64,000 nucleotides of DNA, from contig JAFGMW010000095.1 in the NCBI GenBank assembly GCA_016927275.1, positions 9,247 to 73,246 on the forward strand. Reading direction: 5' to 3'. Under the pieces are notes generated by a model. The model searched no databases. It had not been told where the DNA came from and was given only the letters and a program-made list of their open reading frames with translations. Source of the stretch: Pseudomonadota bacterium. GTDB lineage: Bacteria; UBA10199; 2-02-FULL-44-16; JAAZCA01. Positions within the stretch are counted from its first letter, which is position 1. Each line of letters begins with the position of its first letter. The position numbers and the translations under genes were made by a program. Positions 8,838 to 17,892 of this stretch are shown here, piece by piece.

Positions 8838-10961
8838 TCAGGGCAACGGGTAGAATGTCGACCCCATGAACCCCAGCGCATCCTTGGTCGCCCCCGTGAT
8901 AGTGGCGGCCGGGCTGCACGTAGCAGGCGCTGTGAAAGTGCACGACGTAATACCTGCTGCAGAGCCGTTGAAGATATAGGTAAGACCGTTAGTGGGTGTC
9001 CAGTACTGAGGTGCGCCGAGTGCGATGTCGTCGAACCCGTCGTTGTTGAAATCGACTCCACCGCTCAGCCCTAGGCTCAAGAGATCAAAGTTGGCAATGT
9101 TTCCGAGGATCTTGGTGTCGGCCTGCGCATCGGTAAGAGCCGCCGCAAGATTCTTTCCTAGAAAAACGTATGCTGCGCCGGGATCTGCAGCAGGTGTAGC
9201 TGTAAAGCCACCGATCAATAAATCGTCTTTGCCGTCGCCGTCGACATCTCCTGCGGCAGTGAGCGTGTTGCCGAACTTGTCGTCGTTTCCGCTGGTTTCA
9301 GAAATGACCGTCGACGCAGAAGCCGGGGTAAGCGTGGTGCCTGCCAGCACATTTCCCGGGAATACGTAGACTTTGCCGGCATTGACGACCGGCTCGCCCA
9401 CCATCACATCCGCGATGCCGTCGCCGTCCACGTCGCCTGCGCCAGCGACGGTGTTGCCGAATTTGACCGTTCCGGTGATGATCGCGTCGGCAGCCGCAGC
9501 ATTACGCGTGGCTGCAAGGGCCGCGGCGCCGTAGAAAACGTAGGCGCGGTTCTTGTCCGACCCGACGACGATGTCATCGAGGCCGTCGCCGTTCACGTCG
9601 CCCGCTCCGTCGAGCATCATCCCCAGGACATCGCCGGATTGGCCAGCAATCGACTGGGTAGCATTCGCCACGTCGAGCGCGCCCGCAAGGGAAGCGCCGC
9701 CCGCAAAGATGTGCACACTGCCGTCGCCGCCGGTCAGCGGGGCAGCGACGATCACATCGTCGTACCAGTCTCCGTTCATGTCGCCAGCACCTGCGACCGA
9801 ATAGCCGAGGTCGTCGTTGCCTGCTGCGCCCATGCTGATAGTGGCGAGGGCGTCCGATGCGTCGAGCGTGCCGGTGAGGCCAGTTCCGCCTGCAAAGAGA
9901 TAAGCCTTGCCTTTGCGGGTACCCGATGTCTGCGGCGCACCCACGATGAAGTCCTCGTAGCCGTCGCCGTTCACGTCGCCCACCATCTTATTCGACACAG
10001 CCAGGTAATCGTGCTGCGCACCCGCGAACGACGCGCCAGGAGCACATGCGGCCGAGAGGTCGCAGGTCGGAATGCCCGTAGCTGTCCCGTAGAAGATGTA
10101 GAGCTTGCCGTCGCGCGTCAAAGAACCGGCATAGAGCGCACCCACGAGCAGGTCCGCATACCCGTCTCCGTCTATGTCGTTCCTGGTCAGCGTCGTGAAC
10201 GATGCGCCGGCGACCGCCGTTCCGGAGGCATAGACTGTGTGCGTAGTGCGATACCCGAGCCGCGCGTCAGGCGTGAAGAGGACGGATGTGCCGTCTGCCG
10301 CCCAGGCGTACGCCCCCGCGACCGCGGTGCCGGCGCCGTCCTTCAGCTCTATCGCAGCCTCGAAGTCCTGCTGTGCCGCAGCGTCGGTGATCGGTGTGTC
10401 CGGGATATACTTCACCTTCACAGAGCGCGGGATCGGAGCTGCCGTGAACTCGATCTCCGTGCCGTCCAGTTTTACGAGCTTGCCCGTGGCGCCGGGGGCG
10501 ACCCCGCCGGCCGTTGTGAAGATTGCCGTGAAACCCTCGAACGCCGTACCAGTTGCGTAGTTGATCGCCTGTGAGAGGCAGGCAGCATACTGCGTGCCTG
10601 CAGCGAGGTCCGCTGCCGGATCGAGCACGCATTCGGTCATGTTCGGACAGCTGATCGATGCGGCAACAGCCCCAGCAGGGTTACAGACCGTATCGTCGTA
10701 GGCGTCCTTGGCCGTCTGAGCTGCCGCTGCGGGGACCGGCGTGATGAAGAAGCTCGTGCCGGTGACGGTGGCGGTGCTCACCATCTGGTTGAACGTGTAG
10801 GAAAAGCTGCTGTCCACCGGGACGTCCTTACTGCCGCCGATCGTGTTGAGGGATACCGTATCGCTCGGAGTCCCCCCTCCCCCGCCGCATCCAGCGACTG
10901 CTGCCGCGACGACCGCCGCTGCCCCCAAGACCGCCAGAAAAGCCCTGCCACGAATCTTCAT
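8838..10961 (-). CDS. FG-GAP/integrin-alpha-like beta-propeller repeat lipoprotein
   Basis: Lipoprotein signal (MKIRGRAFLAVLGAAAVVAAAVAGC); repeated DxNGDGxxDhhhGAP calcium-binding blades (DVNGDGYEDFIVGAP, DMNGDWYDDVIVAAP, DVDGDGIADVMVGEP, DVDGDGKDDLLIGG, DFNNDGFDDIALGAP); start moved to internal ATG with RBS. Confidence 0.75.
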   Translation of the reverse strand: MKIRGRAFLAVLGAAAVVAAAVAGCGGGGGTPSDTVSLNTIGGSKDVPVDSSFSYTFNQMVSTATVTGTSFFITPVPAAAAQTAKDAYDDTVCNPAGAVAASISCPNMTECVLDPAADLAAGTQYAACLSQAINYATGTAFEGFTAIFTTAGGVAPGATGKLVKLDGTEIEFTAAPIPRSVKVKYIPDTPITDAAAQQDFEAAIELKDGAGTAVAGAYAWAADGTSVLFTPDARLGYRTTHTVYASGTAVAGASFTTLTRNDIDGDGYADLLVGALYAGSLTRDGKLYIFYGTATGIPTCDLSAACAPGASFAGAQHDYLAVSNKMVGDVNGDGYEDFIVGAPQTSGTRKGKAYLFAGGTGLTGTLDASDALATISMGAAGNDDLGYSVAGAGDMNGDWYDDVIVAAPLTGGDGSVHIFAGGASLAGALDVANATQSIAGQSGDVLGMMLDGAGDVNGDGLDDIVVGSDKNRAYVFYGAAALAATRNAAAADAIITGTVKFGNTVAGAGDVDGDGIADVMVGEPVVNAGKVYVFPGNVLAGTTLTPASASTVISETSGNDDKFGNTLTAAGDVDGDGKDDLLIGGFTATPAADPGAAYVFLGKNLAAALTDAQADTKILGNIANFDLLSLGLSGGVDFNNDGFDDIALGAPQYWTPTNGLTYIFNGSAAGITSCTFTAPATCSPAATITGATKDALGFMGSTFYPLP

Positions 10962-11087
10962 ATTACCTCCCCGGAAGGAATATATTGCGTTAGCGGCGAA
11001 CCTGCTGAACTGATATTTCTTACTAATAGCGCACCCCCTGCAAGTCAACCTTTCAAAAAACGGGACGACAAAGAAATTGTTTCGCCG

Positions 11088-12293
11088 TTAAAGGCTGATG
11101 TCCCTGACCGCGTTCCAGAAGATCGAGCGCGCTGGGTTTCTCCCTGACCCGCCGGCCTGCGCGAGCTCGCCGTTCTCCAGGACCACGATGTCGTAGCCGC
11201 GGTACCGCATGCAGTAAGAGGTGTAATAGCCCATGAACGTCCCGTAATGACCGACAGCCCCGCTGTCGTCGTAGATGCCGAGGCCGTATGAGACCGGCCA
11301 GGTCTCTATCTGTCCGTCCTTCATCTGCAGCCTCTCCTGCTGGGCTTCGGGGCTGATGAGCTCCCCCTCCTCGAGCGCCTTCGCCCAGATGAGAATATCG
11401 CCTATGGTGGAGATCAATCCCCCGGCGGCCCAGGCCCAGCCGGGGTTCATCGACAGAGAGAGGTCTGCGACCTGCCCGTCAGCCATGAGATATCCGCGGG
11501 CGAACGGCTCGGGCATCGCCGGGCTGTCGGGAAGCGAGGTGTCGTGCATGCCGAGGGGCTGAAGCAAACGGCTATTGACCTCGCTCGCATAGGAGTTCCC
11601 CGTCACCTGCTCGATGATGATCCCCTGGAGGATGAAGTTGGTGTTGCAGTATTCAAACTGCGTGTCCGGCGCGTACGGGGCCGGGTCGACGCTCTCTGCG
11701 CTCCACCTGAGCATCTCCACCGGGTCGACCTGCTCCAGCGGGTGCCCGGCGAATATCGTTGCCCCCTCCTGCGTGGCCAGGGAGTCCACCATCCCGCTGC
11801 GCATCTCGAGGATGTTGCGCAGCGTCATCGTCTCGCCGTAAGGGATTGTGAAGCCTAGATGGCCGGGGGCGAACCATCGGGCGATTATCCCGTCTATCGT
11901 GTCGTCGAGGCTGAGCTTCCCCTCGTCGACCAGCTGGAGGATGATTGTGGCTGTGAAGGTCTTGGTGACGCTGGCGATGCGGAAGAAGCGGTCGATCGCC
12001 ATCGGCTCGCCCTCCGCCGCGCCGTTGCCCGAGGCGTCCGCAATCTGCTGAGGGAGTGCCGCTGAACCGCATGCGCCGTACCATGTGGACCCGTTCGGGG
12101 CGCGCACGCCCATCACCGCCCCCGGGATCTCGAGCTCCTCCACCGACCGGCAGAGCGACTGATCGAGCTTCAGCGCCATTATCTGGTTGAAGCCGGAGCC
12201 TTCCCCCAAGCGGCACGAAACAATGCCGGCCGCGAGAAGGCCGCCCAGGAGAACGCCGAGGACCCTTGAAATACACAGGCCGCGTCTCTTCAT
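11088..12293 (-). CDS. beta-lactamase-family serine hydrolase (class C/PBP-like) lipoprotein
   Basis: SxxK active-site motif (ASVTKTFTATIILQL); lipoprotein-type signal (LLAAGIVSC); start set at internal ATG. Confidence 0.75.
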   Translation of the reverse strand: MKRRGLCISRVLGVLLGGLLAAGIVSCRLGEGSGFNQIMALKLDQSLCRSVEELEIPGAVMGVRAPNGSTWYGACGSAALPQQIADASGNGAAEGEPMAIDRFFRIASVTKTFTATIILQLVDEGKLSLDDTIDGIIARWFAPGHLGFTIPYGETMTLRNILEMRSGMVDSLATQEGATIFAGHPLEQVDPVEMLRWSAESVDPAPYAPDTQFEYCNTNFILQGIIIEQVTGNSYASEVNSRLLQPLGMHDTSLPDSPAMPEPFARGYLMADGQVADLSLSMNPGWAWAAGGLISTIGDILIWAKALEEGELISPEAQQERLQMKDGQIETWPVSYGLGIYDDSGAVGHYGTFMGYYTSYCMRYRGYDIVVLENGELAQAGGSGRNPARSIFWNAVRDISL

Positions 12294-12341
12294 ATCGGTC
12301 CTCTTAGCACGAATCCCGGGCCGTTGAAAACCCAACCATGT

Positions 12342-12411
12342 CCCCCCGTCGGACAGAGCCCCTGTCAGACGGAGCAAAAAACCCCTGGAGCCCCTGTCAG
12401 ACGGAGCAAAA
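12342..12411. repeat. three tandem copies (~32-bp period) of motif CCCCTGTCAGACGGAGCAAAA upstream of the hydrolase gene
   Basis: Two exact 21-bp copies at 12359-12379 and 12391-12411 plus a degenerate copy at 12342-12359; same core recurs as an inverted repeat at 15892-15950. Confidence 0.7.
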
Positions 12412-12581
12412 TGAATCAGCTTCTAACATATGGATATTATTAATAAATAAGGTTCGTTCACTCTCCTCAAGGCCCTGATCGGAAGCTGCCACTGTAAAAT
12501 CCCTTGAAAATCAGGATTTTCGTACTAGCATCCCTTCCACAATTTACAGCCACCACGAAACGAGGTCGGCAGGGAGGAAAC

Positions 12582-12776
12582 ATGGCTAACAGGGATACAC
12601 GGAACACCGGCAGGGCCAGCACTTTTCTGAACGTATCCGACGACAAGGTGTACGAGGCGATCAGGAAGCGCGCCTATGAGCTGTATTGCAAGAGGGGCCA
12701 CGCGAACGGCAACGACATGAAGGACTGGCTCGAGGCCGAGAGGCAGGTCAAGAAGGAGATGAACCTCGCGCGCTAG
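12582..12776 (+). CDS. DUF2934-family small protein
   Basis: KVYEAIRKRAYELYCKRGHANGNDMKDWLEAERQV matches DUF2934; start at ATG with AGGGAGGA RBS rather than upstream table start. Confidence 0.55.
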   Translation: MANRDTRNTGRASTFLNVSDDKVYEAIRKRAYELYCKRGHANGNDMKDWLEAERQVKKEMNLAR

Positions 12777-12806
12777 ATCGCGGGCTCGTCGATTTGAAAT
12801 GTTCGA

Positions 12807-12839
12807 ACAGGGAGGGGGATGCCCCTCCCTGTTTTTTTT
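12807..12839 (+). terminator. rho-independent terminator after DUF2934 gene
   Basis: acagggaggggg-atg-cccctccctgt hairpin followed by T8. Confidence 0.7.
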
Positions 12840-12870
12840 GCGTGAGATCATCGCGCCGGGAGAAAAAGAC

Positions 12871-14829
12871 ATGCCCGTCACCTGGAAGAGGACAGAGCTG
12901 GACGAGATGGACTGCATGCTCCGCGAGGCGTGGGAGCACAACGCACTCCACATGAACGAGGTTTCGGGCAGACCGCTGGCCCACGCCGACGGCGACGACC
13001 TCGACGGCGACGGCAACCGGGGCGAGCGCATCACCGTCTCAGAGACGGTGGGATACAAGCTCTTCATGGAACTCCTGATGGCGACGATGGCCCGAACGAG
13101 CGGCGACGCCGAACTCGAAACCAGGGCGATGGAGAATTTCGACAGGGCGTGGGGATGGGCGGAGCGGAACATGCAGCGCAGCGCCCTCGCATCTGCGTAC
13201 GATCCGGTCGCCGGGGCGCTCGTCCCGATACCGGAAGGCAAGCGCGACTCGCTCCTCGCGTGGCGATACGTGCCGGGCGCCGGGGTGATCCACCACGCAA
13301 AGAATCGTTCCGACGGCATCTTCATAGACGGCCTCGACGGCGCCCCCGACGGCGACCTCTTCACCGCCGCCTCGCTGAGATTGGCGGCGGTGCTCTGGCC
13401 CGAACGACAGGATTACCTCGCGGCGGCGGAGGATATCGCGGTGGACATCCGCGCAAAATACGTGGCCGAGATCGGCGGCGAGCCGTATCTGTTGGGCGGC
13501 GACGAGTTCGTGCGGATATCCGGCATCAATCCCTCGTACTCGTTCGAGGCGGTCTACGACATGATGGGCGAGCTCGACCCCTCTCACGCGGCCGACTGGC
13601 AGAGGCTCAAGCAGAGCTCCATGAAGGCGGCGGTGGCCGGCGCCGACTCCACGCTATCGGCCGGCGGACCCTACATGTCGAACGGCAGGACGATAGGCTT
13701 CAGGGCGAGGCGGATAGAGGGCAGCTCGAACATGCCGCCGAACTGGCTCACATACGACGGCTCGGGGTTCGGCGACAACGAGTGGTTCGATCCCATCGAC
13801 TGGATATCGGGCTGGGACGGGCTGCGCACCCTCTGGATGAAGGCCGCCTACTTTCTCTACGACGGGAACGAGGCTGCGCGCAGGTATCTGCAGGACGACG
13901 CCGGAACGAAGGAGGACTTCGGTCCCTACGGGTTCCTGAAGAATCATCTCCTGAAACACGGCAGGCTGCCGGCCGGCTTCGGCATAGACGGCTCCTCCTC
14001 AGGGCCCGAGCTCTCGGTGATGAACCTCACCGAACCCAACGCCTTTTCGCTCGGCATCTATCTCGGCTTCTTCTACGCGGCCGGCGACATCGAGGCCGCA
14101 TCCAGGATGCTGGGCGGGCTCGTCGACTCGTATCACACGCAGCAGGTCCCCGGGCCGATCGGTATCGGCGAAGGGACCTTCGCCGAGGTCCGCACCGAGG
14201 GCGACCTGGACTACTTCGGGGACTGCTGGGCCTGGTTCGGCATGGCGATGGCCCGCGGGGCGGTCGAGGACCTCTTCGGCCTCTACAGGGAGTGGCGCGC
14301 GGAGAACGTCATGCCGCCCGCTTCTCCCGCCCCCCTACTCCCCTCTTATTTCGAGGTGAAGCCGGGCGGGATGGAATTCGCGCGCGGCATGGACCTGATG
14401 AAATCGAACATGTGGATCTCGGCGTTCGACGGCTGCTCGAGAAAGCTCTTCGGCGGCTACGCCTGCGAGGGCCGCGCGAAGGAGTGGTATCTCGGCGGCG
14501 TGGGGATAGGGCTGGGGCGAAACCCCGCGTGGGGCATCGAGAGGGAATACGACGGGCTCTTCATCGACGCCCCGGGCGCGCAGGGCCGCGTGAAGATCGA
14601 GCTGCACACCGACCGCCGCATCTACGTTCACGAGGCGTCGGCATCCAACGCCGCCTCCATGTACGTCCCGTTCACCGCCTTCAGGGAAGAGATCGATTAC
14701 GCGCCGAAGGGCAGAAGCTTCGATCCGAAGGTGGATCGCGTGGGCAAGATCCAGGTGATCGGCCTGGGAGCGACCGCCGACGGGGAGGTGGAGTTCGTCC
14801 TCAAGGAAATCCGCGCAGTGAAGAAATAG
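12871..14829 (+). CDS. hypothetical protein, possibly (alpha/alpha)6-barrel glycoside-hydrolase-like
   Basis: 653-aa ORF with good coding character, Trp/Gly/Asp-rich segments reminiscent of glycoside hydrolases; no signal peptide; start placed after the upstream terminator. Confidence 0.45.
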   Translation: MPVTWKRTELDEMDCMLREAWEHNALHMNEVSGRPLAHADGDDLDGDGNRGERITVSETVGYKLFMELLMATMARTSGDAELETRAMENFDRAWGWAERNMQRSALASAYDPVAGALVPIPEGKRDSLLAWRYVPGAGVIHHAKNRSDGIFIDGLDGAPDGDLFTAASLRLAAVLWPERQDYLAAAEDIAVDIRAKYVAEIGGEPYLLGGDEFVRISGINPSYSFEAVYDMMGELDPSHAADWQRLKQSSMKAAVAGADSTLSAGGPYMSNGRTIGFRARRIEGSSNMPPNWLTYDGSGFGDNEWFDPIDWISGWDGLRTLWMKAAYFLYDGNEAARRYLQDDAGTKEDFGPYGFLKNHLLKHGRLPAGFGIDGSSSGPELSVMNLTEPNAFSLGIYLGFFYAAGDIEAASRMLGGLVDSYHTQQVPGPIGIGEGTFAEVRTEGDLDYFGDCWAWFGMAMARGAVEDLFGLYREWRAENVMPPASPAPLLPSYFEVKPGGMEFARGMDLMKSNMWISAFDGCSRKLFGGYACEGRAKEWYLGGVGIGLGRNPAWGIEREYDGLFIDAPGAQGRVKIELHTDRRIYVHEASASNAASMYVPFTAFREEIDYAPKGRSFDPKVDRVGKIQVIGLGATADGEVEFVLKEIRAVKK

Positions 14830-14849
14830 ATCCCCGGCTATTCAAATTT

Positions 14850-15782
14850 TCACGGACAGTTCGGGCCGACGGTCATGTGTAACTTCGTGCCCGCGGAGCA
14901 GCGGCGCAGGCCGATCGAGTCGTCGTATGCGTAGCCGTACACGGTCTTCTTGCACGCGGTGTGGATGTGTTCCACGTAGCCGGTGCCCACCACGGGGCCC
15001 GCCCTGCACTCCTCGGCGCCTATTGGCGGCGTGGGGCAGCAGTAGATCACCGGAGGGTCCGTGTCCTCGCCAAGACCCAGCCCTCCGTATGTGGGATAGT
15101 TGAATTTCTTGCAGGGCGAATAGCAACCGATAACAGGGGCGCCGGCGTCCTCCTTCACCCTGAGGTCTTCGTCAGCATACTCCGGAAAGACCGTGCCCCC
15201 CTGCCCCGCGCTCAAGTCGTCGGCGGTCGGACACTCCGCAAGGCTCAGGGCCGCGCAGTCCACGGCAGAACAGGGCTGACCCTGGTCGTCCAGCGTGTCG
15301 CCGGTGACCGCCACGGTGAACGGGAATGTGTATCCGTCCACGGCGCTCGAGTTCCAGTAGGTGTCGATCATCCTGTCCCCCTGCGGGGTGAATCCGCACT
15401 GTGTCTCATCCGCCAGCGTGCAGCCCCATGTCGCCTCGATCTTGGAGTCCACAGGCGGCGGGCAACCGCCGGCCGGGCACGGGTCGGAGCTCTGGCCGAT
15501 CTCGCAGTTCTCGCCGCTCGCGTCGCAGCCCTTCTTGGGCCAGAACCTGGTGGAGGCCTGGCCAGCCTCCGGGATATCGTAATCGTGATATGCGCCCGGC
15601 TCGATCTTCACAACATCGGGGGTCGAGGCCGGCATGTTCTGCTGCTGTATCCAGATGGCGTAGGCGCAGCTGTTGGTGACCCTCAGCCGCTTCGTCTGGG
15701 TGTCGTCGCCGCCCCCTCCGCCCCCCCCTCCGCACCCGCAGAGAAGAGCCACAGCCAGCGCCAGGCACAGCTTCTTATTCAT
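14850..15782 (-). CDS. thaumatin-like (PR-5 family) lipoprotein
   Basis: Lipobox LAVALLCGC; RVTNSCAYAIWI..FWPKKGCDASGENC..16 Cys pattern resembling thaumatin/osmotin fold; start at internal ATG (MNKK). Confidence 0.6.
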   Translation of the reverse strand: MNKKLCLALAVALLCGCGGGGGGGGDDTQTKRLRVTNSCAYAIWIQQQNMPASTPDVVKIEPGAYHDYDIPEAGQASTRFWPKKGCDASGENCEIGQSSDPCPAGGCPPPVDSKIEATWGCTLADETQCGFTPQGDRMIDTYWNSSAVDGYTFPFTVAVTGDTLDDQGQPCSAVDCAALSLAECPTADDLSAGQGGTVFPEYADEDLRVKEDAGAPVIGCYSPCKKFNYPTYGGLGLGEDTDPPVIYCCPTPPIGAEECRAGPVVGTGYVEHIHTACKKTVYGYAYDDSIGLRRCSAGTKLHMTVGPNCP

Positions 15783-15891
15783 AGATTCCCCCTCGTCGTT
15801 CCCGCGCTTATCGCATTGCGGGGGGTCCCAGGTCAAACGGATAGAGTCAACGGGCGATCCTGCCCGAGCCGACACAGACAAGCGTCAAAGC

Positions 15892-15950
15892 GTCAGACGG
15901 AGCAAAGTTAACTCATTGATCTTATTGTTTTTTATCTTGCTCCGTCTGAC
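15892..15950. promoter_or_regulatory. inverted repeat GTCAGACGGAGCAA-N31(AT-rich)-TTGCTCCGTCTGAC in divergent promoter region
   Basis: Perfect 14-bp inverted half-sites flanking an AT-rich spacer between divergent lipoprotein genes; followed by tandem AGCTCGTGTGAC x2. Confidence 0.55.
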
Positions 15951-16034
15951 AGCTCGTGTGACAGCTCGTGTCCATGAACCGAATTGACAACCCTCTCGAT
16001 CAGGAACATTATCCCCCACTAAAAGGAGGTGCGT

Positions 16035-17141
16035 ATGCGCACTTTTGGCAGGGGTATCGTGGCAATGGGTGCTGCATTGGTTCTGCTGTTCGGTCTGGCC
16101 GCATGCGGCGGAGGTGGCGGCACGCCTACGCCTACTGAGCCGACCGCGACCTACGGCGGGGCCGCGACCGCGGGGGACATCTTCGTGATCAAGATGGACT
16201 ATCCGGCAGTCGGCAAGGCGACCATCACGCGCTCTGAGACCGACGGCACGCTCGTGGGGTCGAAGGAGATGAGCTACACGGCCAACGGCACCCGCTATAC
16301 ATTCACCGACGAGGACAGCAATTCGTTCGAGGCTCTCATGGTCGCGGACACCATGCTCACCATGTTTCTGCCGGCCACTGACGAGAAGGACATCATCGTT
16401 GCGGTCATAGTGGATCCGGACATGACTTCGACCGCAGAGGCGGCCGCCATCCTGAAGAACCACGACTACATCCTCACGCAGTTCAGGCACGACGAGAAGG
16501 GCGTGAAATGGGTCTGGTCGAACGTGGACGCGGACGGCGTGGTTACGGGCCATAAAGCCAATGAAGGGAATACCCTGCCCTACGACCTCGATGACGTTGA
16601 CACGACCAATAACTTCGACCCCGGCATGGACGTGGACAACCTCGTGTACAACGCGGAGACGAGCGGCTTCACGCTCACGGTGGGCGACGAGATATGGACA
16701 TACTATTTCACGGAGTCCGGGCTGGGCGTCATCGACAAGGGGCCGGACAAGGGCATCCGCTTCAACATGATCAAGCCCGCGACATATGATCCGACCGGCA
16801 TGGTTGCAGTAGGAGACATCTACGACACGCTGTTTTACGGCCGCCGGTCCGAGACTGAGGAGGGAACGACGCAGGGAACGATAACGGTCACGGCTGTCAC
16901 GGCGAATTCCTTCACGGTCGACGTGGACAACGGCAGGGATCCTGTGATGACGGGCATCGTGATCACGGCCGACCTGAGCGATCTGTGGCGCGGCTTCTAC
17001 CGGCTGCCCGCCACCATAGATGCGGTGCCCCAGAACGCGGTGGTCCAGCTCGTCGGCTCGGACGCCATGATCTTTGCAGGCAAGGCCCCGGCCGCCAATC
17101 CGTGGCAATACGAATACGGCATCGGCGTAAAGCGGAAGTAA
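16035..17141 (+). CDS. hypothetical lipoprotein
   Basis: ATG with AAGGAGG RBS 5 nt upstream; lipobox LLFGLAAC followed by Gly/Thr/Pro linker. Confidence 0.6.
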   Translation: MRTFGRGIVAMGAALVLLFGLAACGGGGGTPTPTEPTATYGGAATAGDIFVIKMDYPAVGKATITRSETDGTLVGSKEMSYTANGTRYTFTDEDSNSFEALMVADTMLTMFLPATDEKDIIVAVIVDPDMTSTAEAAAILKNHDYILTQFRHDEKGVKWVWSNVDADGVVTGHKANEGNTLPYDLDDVDTTNNFDPGMDVDNLVYNAETSGFTLTVGDEIWTYYFTESGLGVIDKGPDKGIRFNMIKPATYDPTGMVAVGDIYDTLFYGRRSETEEGTTQGTITVTAVTANSFTVDVDNGRDPVMTGIVITADLSDLWRGFYRLPATIDAVPQNAVVQLVGSDAMIFAGKAPAANPWQYEYGIGVKRK

Positions 17142-17187
17142 GACCAACTAATCATTTTCAAAGGCGGAACCCGGAAAAGGGGGTAAT

Positions 17188-17619
17188 ATGAAGAAGCTTT
17201 TGGCGATGCTGGTGGCAGCGGCGTTCGCTCTGCCTGTGCTCGCGCAGGCGGAGAAGTGCAAAGAGCCGGAGAAGACGGATCTGAAGGCCGGCATGAAGGT
17301 CGTGGCGCAGTGGCAGGGCGACAGCTGGTGGCTGGCGAAGATCGACTCGATCGGCAAAAACGGCCTCATCGACGTGACCTACTCCGACAACACCAGGGGA
17401 AGGAACAAAAGGCAGGATCAGGTCGCGCGCTACATCTACTCCGACACCAGCGCCCCGCCCTGCTTCAAGGAGGGCGACAAGGTCGTGGCGCAGTGGAAGG
17501 GCGACAACTGGTGGAAGGCCCGCATCGACAGGATAGAGGGCGACAAGGCGAAGATCACCTACACCGACGGGGAGAAGGGCACGCGCAAGCTCACGGAGAT
17601 GGTCCGCGACCCGTGGTGA
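17188..17619 (+). CDS. secreted protein with two tandem Tudor/Agenet-like repeats (paralogue of 8314-8739)
   Basis: Signal peptide; repeats VVAQWQGDSWWLAKIDSI...DVTYSD / VVAQWKGDNWWKARIDRI...KITYTD. Confidence 0.55.
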   Translation: MKKLLAMLVAAAFALPVLAQAEKCKEPEKTDLKAGMKVVAQWQGDSWWLAKIDSIGKNGLIDVTYSDNTRGRNKRQDQVARYIYSDTSAPPCFKEGDKVVAQWKGDNWWKARIDRIEGDKAKITYTDGEKGTRKLTEMVRDPW

Positions 17620-17634
17620 CGGGAAAATATGCAC

Positions 17635-17668
17635 AAAAAAACCCTGCCGATGCGGCAGGGTTTTTTTC
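17635..17668 (+). terminator. rho-independent terminator
   Basis: aaaaaaaccctgccg-atg-cggcagggtttttttc. Confidence 0.75.
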
Positions 17669-17818
17669 ACGACGATCCAAATCAGGCTGTCGGATAATAT
17701 TTTGACACATCGGGTAAAGTTTAACCCAGCCAGACTCGGCCGATGCCTGTCGAAACTATATTTTCTTTATAAATCAATGTGATAAAAGCTAACGCGCACT
17801 TGCAACCCGCTCTGCAGA

Positions 17819-17834
17819 TGGCATGCTATTTGCT
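17819..17834 (+). promoter_or_regulatory. candidate sigma-54 (-24/-12) promoter
   Basis: TGGCATGCTATTTGCT matches TGGCAC-N5-TTGCW consensus; ~60 nt upstream of the delta-60 lipoprotein start in an AT-rich intergenic region. Confidence 0.45.
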
Positions 17835-17892
17835 CATCATTGTTGTTGTGCTGTAACTCTTGTTTGGGTAGTCATCTCCCGTGAGGGAAAGG

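Noticed and set aside
12930-14882. 650-aa plus ORF in second frame over 12871-14829 gene
   Set aside because: Extremely Arg/Gly-rich, no motifs; shadow of the real frame
17188-17705. ORF 17256-17705(+) (149 aa) as a separate gene
   Set aside because: Alternative frame of the Tudor-like gene and its terminator; Arg/Gly-rich
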